DNA from: Bdellovibrionota bacterium FG-1
GTDB lineage: Bacteria > Bdellovibrionota > UBA1018
Assembly (NCBI GenBank): GCA_051382295.1
Contig: JBBCAW010000005.1
Location: 1 to 64,000 of the forward strand
Direction of reading: 5' to 3'
DNA: 64,000 nt
Within the stretch, counting starts at the first letter, position 1, and the number at the start of each line of letters is the position of its first letter. Of this stretch, positions 31,035-39,612 are shown in pieces. The notes beneath the pieces are model-generated. The model was not told where the DNA came from, made no database searches, and saw only the letters and a program-made list of their open reading frames with translations. A program made the translations under genes and the position numbers.

Positions 31035-31284
31035 AGTCCCCCGTGCAACCGATTTGCGCAAAAAAATCTTTGCGCAAAGTTTGGGCGCAGCCGTTATTGA
31101 GGGCTTCATTTTGAAGGCTGCCACACTCCTCGGCGAGGGTAGAAGAAAAATGCTCCGCTGTATCGCACCCATTGATGGTGAAATGATAAGAAAAAGTCTG
31201 ATCACTTTTGCCGCAACTCACAAGACCGGCGGGGCCTGCAAAAATAACCAGCACCCAAACCATCGAAAATATTCGAGTGCTCAT
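31021..31284 (-). CDS. Small Cys-containing lipoprotein
   Basis: Lipobox LVSC. Confidence 0.6.
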   Translation of the reverse strand: MSTRIFSMVWVLVIFAGPAGLVSCGKSDQTFSYHFTINGCDTAEHFSSTLAEECGSLQNEALNNGCAQTLRKDFFAQIGCTGDFTPY

Positions 31285-31772
31285 AATAATTTCATTCCTA
31301 AGCGAATGCCCGCATAGCGCTCGCCCGCGCCCGAAAGGCCTAAATCAATTTCTTCAAAAAAGAACGAGAAAAACTCCTTTTCTTCGGGGTGAAGCGCTGG
31401 AAGGCGAAGCCCCAGTGCGCCAAAACCGGCCGGCTGTCCGGGGTTGTTGACGACCACTCCGACGCGAGCTCCGATGGAAAAAGCGGGGTTGATCTCAGTA
31501 AAAAAACCGAGCTGAAAATTCACATCCATTCGATGATTTTCGAATGAAAAGGGCGTCGTCTCTTCGATCGAAATTTCATACGATGACTTGAGCCAGTCAT
31601 GATAGCGATCGTAGGACAATGCGAGTCCAGTGCCTGCGGGGTTGTTGGCGCTCATGACGAGGGGGAGTAAATCTAGGGTGAGGTGATTATGAATGCTCCC
31701 AGCCTGAGCCAGGGACGAATCAGCTAACGCGATGAACAGGATTGGCAACAGGACCGAGGGGCTGAGTTTCAT
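31281..31772 (-). CDS. Hypothetical exported protein, possible beta-barrel
   Basis: Signal peptide AQA; alternating beta-strand pattern at C-terminus. Confidence 0.55.
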   Translation of the reverse strand: MKLSPSVLLPILFIALADSSLAQAGSIHNHLTLDLLPLVMSANNPAGTGLALSYDRYHDWLKSSYEISIEETTPFSFENHRMDVNFQLGFFTEINPAFSIGARVGVVVNNPGQPAGFGALGLRLPALHPEEKEFFSFFFEEIDLGLSGAGERYAGIRLGMKLL

Positions 31773-31842
31773 TTGATCACGATTCTAACTCATTTTTACT
31801 GGGAGTTGCAACTTGACGCGCACCCCTGGTGCACGATAGCTC

Positions 31843-32550
31843 TTGGGGCGAATGTCTATGAACCTGCTCTTTTCGTCAATCGTGAGCCCACAAGTGGGTT
31901 TTTACTCCGTTCGACTGCCACTTCAGCCGCAGGAAGAAGTGCGTTTTGGTGAGTCTTCTCATCCCTTGCCGGTCGAACTTTTGGGTGCCGCCTCTGGGCG
32001 ACAGCTCGATTTTCGATTGGGCCGTTATTGTGCCCAAACTGCCCTGCGGTTTAAGGCACCCTCAGAACCCTCTTCCTTTGTTGGTGTGGGGCCCGCGCGT
32101 GAGCCTCTTTGGCCCCCTGGGTGGGTAGGTTCGATTACCCATACCCAGGGAATGGTTGCCGCCGTAGTTGCCCTCTCGGCCGAGCGATCCGCCTTGGGAA
32201 TCGACATTGAGCCACTGATGGATGAAACTCGCGCGGCTCGTATCGAATCCCGGGTTTTAACGCTATCCGAGATGCTTTTGCCGGCGCGTTCAAGACAGGA
32301 ACGCGTGACAGCTGTCTTTTCGGCCAAAGAAAGCATCTATAAATGCTTGCGGCCGCTGGTGGGCAAGTACTTTGGTTTTCACGCGGTGGCGATTCGACAA
32401 TGGAACTTATTGCAGGGGACTTTTCATTTTGTTTTGCTCGAAGATTTGACCCCTCCCTATGTTCAAGGGTGGGAGGGGTCCGGACGTTTGGCTGTGGATG
32501 GGGCCTACGTCTTTACTGCGGTCGAGCTTGTACCGTTACATCAAAGTTAA
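31843..32550 (+). CDS. 4'-phosphopantetheinyl transferase (EntD-like)
   Basis: PLWPPGWVGSITH, LGIDIE, FSAKESIYK. Confidence 0.92.
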   Translation: MGRMSMNLLFSSIVSPQVGFYSVRLPLQPQEEVRFGESSHPLPVELLGAASGRQLDFRLGRYCAQTALRFKAPSEPSSFVGVGPAREPLWPPGWVGSITHTQGMVAAVVALSAERSALGIDIEPLMDETRAARIESRVLTLSEMLLPARSRQERVTAVFSAKESIYKCLRPLVGKYFGFHAVAIRQWNLLQGTFHFVLLEDLTPPYVQGWEGSGRLAVDGAYVFTAVELVPLHQS

Positions 32551-33691
32551 ATTTCTTGCCGCCTCGAATCACCTGGGCCAAAATTTTCTGTCCGGCCGGG
32601 ATTTTAAGCACTGCTTCAACGAGTTGTGCGGTGGATTTTAGTGTCTTGCCGTTGATGCCGGTAATGACGTCATAGGGTTCGATTCCGGCTTTTTCAGCGG
32701 GAGTTCCTGGGCCCACGTTAGCCACCACAGGCGTACCCGCTGGTGCCTCAATATGCAGGGCTTTAGCTAAATCCATTTTCAGTGGCATGATATTGATGCC
32801 CAAATAGCCACGGTCTATTTTCCCTTCTGCTTTGAGTTGGGGAAGAAACTCTTTAATCGAGTTGATGGGAATGGCAAATCCGATGCCCGGGCCACGCGCA
32901 TCAATCGCATTATTGATTCCCACCACTTGGCCCGACATATTGACGAGTGGGCCCCCGGAGTTGCCGGGGTTAATCGGAGCATCGAGCTGAAGGTACCGCC
33001 CAAAACCTCCCGGTAAGGTGCGTTCTTTTGCACTGACAATGCCATGCGAAACGGAATGACCATGCCCGAAGGGGTTGCCGATGGCCGCGACCCATTCCCC
33101 CACTTTGAGGCGGTCGGAGTCTCCCAGTTCGACCGCCTGGAGTTTGCGGTCGGTTATGACCTCGAGCACCGCGATGTCCAGCTCGGGGTCTTTTCCGATG
33201 ATTTTTGCTGGGATTTCGTCTTCATCTGCGGACTCCGTAAATTTAACCTTCACTTCGTCCGCGCCCGCAATCACGTGATGATTGGTGAGGATGATTCCCT
33301 TTCCGTGGCCGGCTTCGATGATAAAACCTGTGCCGAGTGACATAGGGGTTTGGGGAGCTTGGGGCGAGCGTGGGTCGAGGGGGAGGGCTTCTTCTGAACC
33401 GCCTTCTAAACCGTCCGGTAAATCGCCTGGAAATCCCCCAAATCCAGGAAAGCCTGGAAACCCATGCGGATGGGCGCGAACTGCTTTGGTCGTGAAGATG
33501 TTTACAACGGAGGGCATCAAGCGATCCGATATGTCGACAAAGAGATTTTGGAGGGAGGTTGCCGCGAGGGGCGGAGGTGGGGGTTCCGTGGCGGCGGAAT
33601 GGACGGAGGAGTGACTGAGGGCGACTAAACAAAGCACTACAGAAGCGCTGATTGCGATGAATAGGCGTTTTTGGGCTTGGGAGGCCTTCAT
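32513..33691 (-). CDS. HtrA/DegP-family serine protease, one PDZ domain
   Basis: GTGFII, TNHHV, DAPINPGNSGGPL, PDZ. Confidence 0.93.
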   Translation of the reverse strand: MKASQAQKRLFIAISASVVLCLVALSHSSVHSAATEPPPPPLAATSLQNLFVDISDRLMPSVVNIFTTKAVRAHPHGFPGFPGFGGFPGDLPDGLEGGSEEALPLDPRSPQAPQTPMSLGTGFIIEAGHGKGIILTNHHVIAGADEVKVKFTESADEDEIPAKIIGKDPELDIAVLEVITDRKLQAVELGDSDRLKVGEWVAAIGNPFGHGHSVSHGIVSAKERTLPGGFGRYLQLDAPINPGNSGGPLVNMSGQVVGINNAIDARGPGIGFAIPINSIKEFLPQLKAEGKIDRGYLGINIMPLKMDLAKALHIEAPAGTPVVANVGPGTPAEKAGIEPYDVITGINGKTLKSTAQLVEAVLKIPAGQKILAQVIRGGKKFNFDVTVQARPQ

Positions 33692-33796
33692 AGTAAAATC
33701 TCCTAGTTTGCTTTTTCCACCTTAAGCCAGCAGGTTTAAATTCAGATTAAAACTGAATTAAAATTCCTTTAGAAGGGTTTTAGGGAGACTATTCAA

Positions 33797-35026
33797 GTGA
33801 TGGTAGGAAGCAAAAAAACCTTAAAAGTCGGGATCGTAGGAACTGGGCCTGCAGGTTTAATGGCCGCTTATGAAGTCGCCCAGGCTGGCTATTCAGTTGT
33901 TCTTTTCGAAAAACGCCGCGGTCCGGGTCGCAAACTATTGATTGCCGGAAGTTCGGGACTCAATGTGACCTATGATGCTCCGGGGGCAGAATTTGCGGCT
34001 CATTATGGGGTGCAACGTGAGCGGTTTTTGAAGATCTTTTCAGTTTTTTCGCCCCAACAGTGGTTGGCTTTTATTGAGCACCTTGGAATCAAGACTTTCA
34101 AGGGGACGAGCCGGCGTTATTTTGTGGAGGGGTTGAAGGCGTCTTCACTTTTGCGGGCCTGGTTGGATGAGCTTTCTGCGCTGGGAGCGCGGCTGGAGTT
34201 GGGCCATGAGTGCTCGGGTTTTGAGGATTCCTCTGATGGGGTTCGTCTTTACTTTGACGACCCTGAAAAATCGGGCGATGCGCAGGCCGTGTTTGATTTT
34301 GATGCGGTTTGTTTTTGCTTAGGAGGGGGTAGTTATGAACCCGATGAAAATCCTCTTCGATGGCCTCGCTTTTTTCGGGAAAAGGGTCTCGGTTTTCAGG
34401 ACTTCGAGGCATCCAACGTGGGTTTTCAGGTGGATTGGCCCCCGGCGCTTCTGAAAGAGGTCGAAGGTAAACCCATTAAAAACGTGGTTCTTTCTTCCTC
34501 GCGTGGTCAGCGCAGTGGCGATTTAGTGATCACCCATTACGGGGTTGAGGGTACCCCCGTTTATTTTGCGGGCGAAGTGGGTACGGTGTACCTGGATCTT
34601 AAGCCCGATCTGAGTGAGGCGCAGATTCGCGCAAAACTTTTACTCTGCCGCGAAAACCTTTCGCCGATTCGGCGAATCAAGCGTTTTTTGAATTTGGGCG
34701 AGGGGGCGTTGGCCTTGCTTTTTCATCTCACCCCTTCGGCAGTGCTTTCGGACCTCAATGCGATGATGGACTTGGTTAAACGATTTCCGCTGCCGCTCCG
34801 TCAAAGACAGCCGTTGAGCGAGGCGATCTCCTCATCGGGCGGTCTCAAGTGGGATGGGTTGGATGAAACTTTCATGTTAAGAGCTTACCCCGGGGTTTTT
34901 GTGGCGGGCGAAATGCTGGATTGGGACGCCCCGACCGGCGGATTTTTGATTCAAGGTTGTGTTTCACAAGGTGCGGTCGCGGGCCAAGGGATTGTGGCCT
35001 ATCTGAAAAGCGATGGAGGAATTTAA
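33797..35026 (+). CDS. BaiN/HI0933-family flavoprotein
   Basis: GTGPAG, GRKLLIAG, GEMLDWDAPTGG. Confidence 0.9.
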   Translation: MMVGSKKTLKVGIVGTGPAGLMAAYEVAQAGYSVVLFEKRRGPGRKLLIAGSSGLNVTYDAPGAEFAAHYGVQRERFLKIFSVFSPQQWLAFIEHLGIKTFKGTSRRYFVEGLKASSLLRAWLDELSALGARLELGHECSGFEDSSDGVRLYFDDPEKSGDAQAVFDFDAVCFCLGGGSYEPDENPLRWPRFFREKGLGFQDFEASNVGFQVDWPPALLKEVEGKPIKNVVLSSSRGQRSGDLVITHYGVEGTPVYFAGEVGTVYLDLKPDLSEAQIRAKLLLCRENLSPIRRIKRFLNLGEGALALLFHLTPSAVLSDLNAMMDLVKRFPLPLRQRQPLSEAISSSGGLKWDGLDETFMLRAYPGVFVAGEMLDWDAPTGGFLIQGCVSQGAVAGQGIVAYLKSDGGI

Positions 35027-35028
35027 AA

Positions 35029-36057
35029 TTGAAGAAGAAAAAAAAATCACAAGTTTTGATTTTGTATACTGGCGGCACCATTGGAATGGACGTCGGTACG
35101 GATCGGGCCTTAACGACCCCGCGGTTGAAGCCCTCCATGTTGAAACAGCGGTTAGAGGCGCGGGTGCCAGAATTGAGCGCCCTTGCGGACTGTCATGTCG
35201 GGGTCTTGTTGAACCGGGATAGCGCTCATGTGGGACCGGAGCAGTGGAAATGGTTCGCGCAAGAAATTCAAAGTCGCTGGTCTCAGTATGATGGCGTGGT
35301 GTTACTTCACGGAACGGATACGCTGGCCTATACGGCAAGCGCGCTTTCTTTTTTGCTTCGTCCCTGTTTGCGCCCGGTGGTGATTACCGGCGCGCAGCGG
35401 CCGTTGACCGCGCTCAGAACTGACGCGCGGCGCAATTTGATTTCGGCCGTGGAGATCGCCACGCAAGGGCCGCGGGAATTGGTTTCACAGGTTTGTGTGT
35501 TTTTTGACGAAAAACTTTTTCGGGGAGATTCGATACGGAAGAGAAGTGCGATCGATTTTGATGCCTTTGAAAGTCCTCAAGTGGAACCTTTGGCGGTGGT
35601 GGGTACTGAAATTCGATATCAGGGAGGTTTAACTTTAAGGACAGCTCCCAAGACACGCCTAAAAGCACCACTGAAGTTTTTGCCGGAGTTTGATCGTCAG
35701 GTGGTCTTGTTGCATGTCACGCCGGGCTTTCCGGCCCGTTTGATTCGCGAGAAATTATTGCCCGACCTCAGCGCTTTAGTGCTTGTGGTGTTTCAATCCG
35801 GAACCGCGCCCACTGAAGATCCAGAATTTTTGAATTTGCTTGAAGATGCCCGCCGCCTGAAAAAACCGGTGGTATTGACCACTGATGGGCGTGCTTCTCA
35901 TCCCGATCTCTATGAGGCGGGCAAGGTGCTTTTGCGCGAAGGGGGTATTTGGGCCGGAACGATGACTCCCGAGTGCGCGTTTGTAAAAACCGCCTGGATT
36001 TTAGGCCAGCCCGGGGGGGCTCGACGATTTACAGCCCTTTGGAAAGCCGTTTTTTAG
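35029..36057 (+). CDS. ansA: L-asparaginase type I
   Basis: YTGGTIGM, HGTDTLAY, TGAQRP; TTG start after SD GGAGG. Confidence 0.9.
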   Translation: MKKKKKSQVLILYTGGTIGMDVGTDRALTTPRLKPSMLKQRLEARVPELSALADCHVGVLLNRDSAHVGPEQWKWFAQEIQSRWSQYDGVVLLHGTDTLAYTASALSFLLRPCLRPVVITGAQRPLTALRTDARRNLISAVEIATQGPRELVSQVCVFFDEKLFRGDSIRKRSAIDFDAFESPQVEPLAVVGTEIRYQGGLTLRTAPKTRLKAPLKFLPEFDRQVVLLHVTPGFPARLIREKLLPDLSALVLVVFQSGTAPTEDPEFLNLLEDARRLKKPVVLTTDGRASHPDLYEAGKVLLREGGIWAGTMTPECAFVKTAWILGQPGGARRFTALWKAVF

Positions 36058-37000
36058 CCACATGCACCAAGCCCTGCGCATTGAGGTCAAGATCCAAGCG
36101 GACTAACTCGCGGTCTTGAGCATCGAGCGTAAGGCCCACAGATTGGGCTTTGTTTTGCCAGTGTTGTTCGAGGGCTCGGTGACAAAAGGTCCAGGGATCG
36201 GGATCTACTAATCCATCCTGTTTGACCAGATGCTCTACTAAGCTTTGGCTGAAACGAAGATCCTCGCGCAGCTGTAGGGCGGCGGCTGCGAACTCGGTGA
36301 GTACCCCAAAATGAGCGAGATAGGCTTGGCGCGCGCCAACGGCCAAAATTAAATCGATACTGTTGAGCGCTTCGTGAGCATCAAAGTCCGTAGGACTGGT
36401 GGTTGGAAAAATAAAGAGCCCTTCGCGCTGCAGGGCAGGATAGCAAATACCAAAGGCATCACCGGTGAAAATGGATTGGGTTTCAGGTTCTTCGATGCAA
36501 AAATGATGGTTAGCATGCCCGCGAGTATGAATAAAACGCAGGGGCCGGCCTTTGCCAAAGGGGACTTTTTCGTTGTGTTCGATCGCGCGTACCCGCTGGG
36601 CGTCAATCGCCTCAATCGAGCCGTATAATTTTTGAAAAGTCTCGGGGCCGTAAACATGCTCGGCGCTGGCAATGAGCTTTGAGGGGTCAATGACGTGCTT
36701 GGTCGCCCGAGGGTGTGCGAGCAAAACCGCGCGCGGGCAAGCTTTCATAAGCGCAGAACTCCCGCCGGCATGGTCCAAATGAACATGGGTGATGATGACG
36801 TACTGGACGTCTTCCGGAGCAAGTCCTTCGGTTTTGAGCGCGGCTAGAAGTTGAGGAACGCAGTGGGCGGTGTTATTGTCGATAAATGCAGCAGAGGTTT
36901 TGCCGTGACTTCTGTCCATCAAAAGGTAAGAGGCCGCATACTGCGGGTGGAGATAGTCGCAATCAATCGTGAGGATTTTGCGTTGGCCCAAGGTTATCAC
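36029..37000 (-). CDS. MBL-fold metallo-hydrolase
   Basis: THVHLDHAGG, GHANHH, FTGD. Confidence 0.92.
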   Translation of the reverse strand: MITLGQRKILTIDCDYLHPQYAASYLLMDRSHGKTSAAFIDNNTAHCVPQLLAALKTEGLAPEDVQYVIITHVHLDHAGGSSALMKACPRAVLLAHPRATKHVIDPSKLIASAEHVYGPETFQKLYGSIEAIDAQRVRAIEHNEKVPFGKGRPLRFIHTRGHANHHFCIEEPETQSIFTGDAFGICYPALQREGLFIFPTTSPTDFDAHEALNSIDLILAVGARQAYLAHFGVLTEFAAAALQLREDLRFSQSLVEHLVKQDGLVDPDPWTFCHRALEQHWQNKAQSVGLTLDAQDRELVRLDLDLNAQGLVHVAKKRLSKGL

Positions 37001-37014
37001 TCGGAAATGTTCCC

Positions 37015-37242
37015 TTATCTCAGGTTACAACCGGCCCACCGCATTTTGTAGGCGGGGTTGCACCAAGGCGCTTCACTGGGAGCAGAAAGCTTCGCGATCG
37101 GAGGTTTGGGGGCATATTGCGAAAACACATTTCCGTGAGTACGAAAAGAGCGTTGAAGGATCTGCGAAACCCAGCCGCTCACCAAGATGAGGCCAAAAAC
37201 GAGACCGAGAACTGCGGGTAAAAAAGCTTTATTAAAACTCAT
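37015..37242 (-). CDS. Small membrane-anchored hypothetical protein
   Basis: N-terminal hydrophobic segment; SD GAGGAG. Confidence 0.45.
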   Translation of the reverse strand: MSFNKAFLPAVLGLVFGLILVSGWVSQILQRSFRTHGNVFSQYAPKPPIAKLSAPSEAPWCNPAYKMRWAGCNLR

Positions 37243-37299
37243 GAAAACCATCTCCTCAAGATCAGCTCACTATACGTTCGAATGGGGCGATCGTGAAGT

Positions 37300-37719
37300 C
37301 TAAATTCGACAAGCGATGATGGCTAAATGTGAATCGTCTGATTTTGCACGGCCTAGGGTCAAGAGATTGAAGCCATTTTGACGCAGCATAGAGGCAAGAG
37401 CTTTTTCTGGATAGGTGAGGATCGCTGAAAAAACGCCTGTTTTTGGCCGTAAACCCTGAAAAAAACTCGCCACTACGCGTTGAGTCTCTTCAATAGGAAG
37501 GTTAGCCAGTGCTTGCCCCGCCCAGATTCCGTCGAAGCTTTCACGGGGCAGGCTTAAAAGGCGAGCATCTTTGGCTGCGTCCATCTCCTGGACTGTATAG
37601 CCGTGAGACTGGAGCCAGAGAGGAATTTCGGCCTGCGACGGGAGGCAAAATACCTGGCCTTGCGGCGGTAGATGAATGGCAAAGTGCTCAAGTAACTGAC
37701 GAGTTTCGGCTGAAGGCAT
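37300..37719 (-). CDS. Degenerate SAM-methyltransferase-fold protein
   Basis: ESFDGIWA..L, LRPKTGVF; motif I absent. Confidence 0.45.
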   Translation of the reverse strand: MPSAETRQLLEHFAIHLPPQGQVFCLPSQAEIPLWLQSHGYTVQEMDAAKDARLLSLPRESFDGIWAGQALANLPIEETQRVVASFFQGLRPKTGVFSAILTYPEKALASMLRQNGFNLLTLGRAKSDDSHLAIIACRI

Positions 37720-37734
37720 GATTGTTGGTACACC

Positions 37735-38838
37735 TTAATGAGCGCAGGTAAAAGGGCGATAGTCGGTAAGCCGATAAGGGGCGGGGGGTTGCCCCACGTA
37801 GGTGTAGATATGTTGACTGACTCCGACCAGGTCCCCTTTTCTGAGGGACAGAGGCCGCCAGGTACCCAGGTCATCGCGACCGAGTCGGATAGGATCAATC
37901 GAGATCTCGCCTAAGTAGGGGGCTTTGTCGAGCATGATCGCAGAAATGGGCTTAGAACCGGTGGCCACTAAAATATCAAAAATGGCTGGGTCGAAATCTT
38001 TGTTTCGGATATCCTCAAGGTCTTGCGCCGTGACATCTAGATGGCCGCTGATGGATTGGGTTTGCCCCTTTTTGCAGGAGGTGAACGTGGCGAGTAGCCG
38101 CCCGTTGCCTTGAAGATAGATGGCGGGGCCGTCCTCGTGGCAGGTTCGGGTGAGACCGAGGTAGTAGCCTTGCCGGGATGGGCAAGCCTCAGAAGCCGAA
38201 AGCACGGGAGGGGGCCGTTTCAAGCCGGAGAGGCTGGTTTGAATCGTGACTTTAAGTCCGGGGACGGCATCGACTTCTCGAGGAAAGGTGAGCCACATGA
38301 GATGGGGATTGGTTTTGGCGAGTTGTTGATCGAGCGTCCGGCTTTTAAAAGCTTGGGACGAATAACAGGTGATCAAGCCAAGAACTCTCAGATTGGGGTG
38401 AATTTCGCTGAGCAAAGGGGAGATGTCAAATTCGTCTTTATCTAGAATCCCGCCTTGTAAAAGCCCGCCGTCTGCTGAGCCTTTTTGGAGGCCATGAGAT
38501 ACCCAATAAATTCCCGCATAATCGGGCGAATGAAGCAGGGCTGAAAGGATGGCCAAATTGCCTTGATGGTAAACTTCGATTTCGTATCCTTCGTTCTCGA
38601 GTTGGTCGCGAAAGGTTTTTTCGAGTTCCATTTCAGTTTTCATGCCGCTGTGGGCGATGCTGGAACGCAAAAACCCCAGATATCCAGGGAGCTTTGCCGC
38701 AAGTTGCGCGGTGTCGTACGAGGTAATCAGGGCGACTTTGTGAGGGAGGTAGGTATTCGCGTGGGTGTTCGCGAACACACTCGCGCTGAGAGCCCAGGAG
38801 AGACAGGTGAAAATCAGAAGTATTTTGAAATTCGGCAT
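37735..38838 (-). CDS. Hypothetical secreted protein
   Basis: Signal peptide; YWVSHG and ITCYS resemble a caspase/CHAT-like His-Cys dyad. Confidence 0.55.
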   Translation of the reverse strand: MPNFKILLIFTCLSWALSASVFANTHANTYLPHKVALITSYDTAQLAAKLPGYLGFLRSSIAHSGMKTEMELEKTFRDQLENEGYEIEVYHQGNLAILSALLHSPDYAGIYWVSHGLQKGSADGGLLQGGILDKDEFDISPLLSEIHPNLRVLGLITCYSSQAFKSRTLDQQLAKTNPHLMWLTFPREVDAVPGLKVTIQTSLSGLKRPPPVLSASEACPSRQGYYLGLTRTCHEDGPAIYLQGNGRLLATFTSCKKGQTQSISGHLDVTAQDLEDIRNKDFDPAIFDILVATGSKPISAIMLDKAPYLGEISIDPIRLGRDDLGTWRPLSLRKGDLVGVSQHIYTYVGQPPAPYRLTDYRPFTCAH

Positions 38839-38852
38839 AGTTGTTTTTTGGG

Positions 38853-39476
38853 TTACTTCTTTTGGGAAGCCTGTTCGAGTTGTTGGGCAAAATGCTGGGA
38901 ATTTTTGCTTAAGGCGGAGCATGCCAATGCACTGATCTGCTGATCGTGGCAGGCTTGTTTCCAGATTTCGTCGGCTAGACGAAGCGCCTGATTGGCATCC
39001 GTGATTTTTGGATCGGCAAATTTTTGCGCGATGGTTTCGGAAATCCCGTTAATCCGCTGAAGTTGGCGGTTAAAGGCCTTTTGTTCAGCAGGTAAAATCC
39101 CTCGCTCAGTGGCGGTGAGGGAGTCGAGGGGCCTGAATTGAAGAGTCGGTGAGCCGGTTTGGTCGAGCATCACAACGCCGACCAGGATTCCGATAACCCC
39201 ACCGATGGTGAGAATTCCGCCGCCATAAATCAAGGTATCTGGTGCCGTGCAGTCGCCACATTCGCGTCCTGTTGAAATGCCTAAGGTCACGAGCCCCGCG
39301 CCCCCTGCGGTACCTATGAGGCTGGCTCCGAGGACCACCAGGGCAGGAATCGCCGCGCCAGCGGTGGCCCCTGCGATGATCGCGTGGGCCGGACGCTGGA
39401 AGGCCACCTGGGTCAAGCCCATGCTGGCGAGGGTGAGAGCGGCGACTAACTGGATTCTTTTCTTGGCATCAATCAT
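38853..39476 (-). CDS. Hypothetical exported membrane protein
   Basis: Signal peptide AHA, two Gly-rich hydrophobic segments. Confidence 0.6.
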   Translation of the reverse strand: MIDAKKRIQLVAALTLASMGLTQVAFQRPAHAIIAGATAGAAIPALVVLGASLIGTAGGAGLVTLGISTGRECGDCTAPDTLIYGGGILTIGGVIGILVGVVMLDQTGSPTLQFRPLDSLTATERGILPAEQKAFNRQLQRINGISETIAQKFADPKITDANQALRLADEIWKQACHDQQISALACSALSKNSQHFAQQLEQASQKK

Positions 39477-39612
39477 GGTTCAACTCCGGAGGCAGATTCT
39501 ATACTAATATGACCTAAATGGTCAAGTATCGAGTTCTTTGGTGTCCAACTCTTTGATTTATAATATAAAAATGATAATATCCTATGGAAAGGTCGCCTCT
39601 CATCAATTCAAT

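Noticed and set aside
31843..32550. NRPS/PKS biosynthetic cluster suggested by the PPTase
   Set aside because: No carrier-protein or synthase genes in the window
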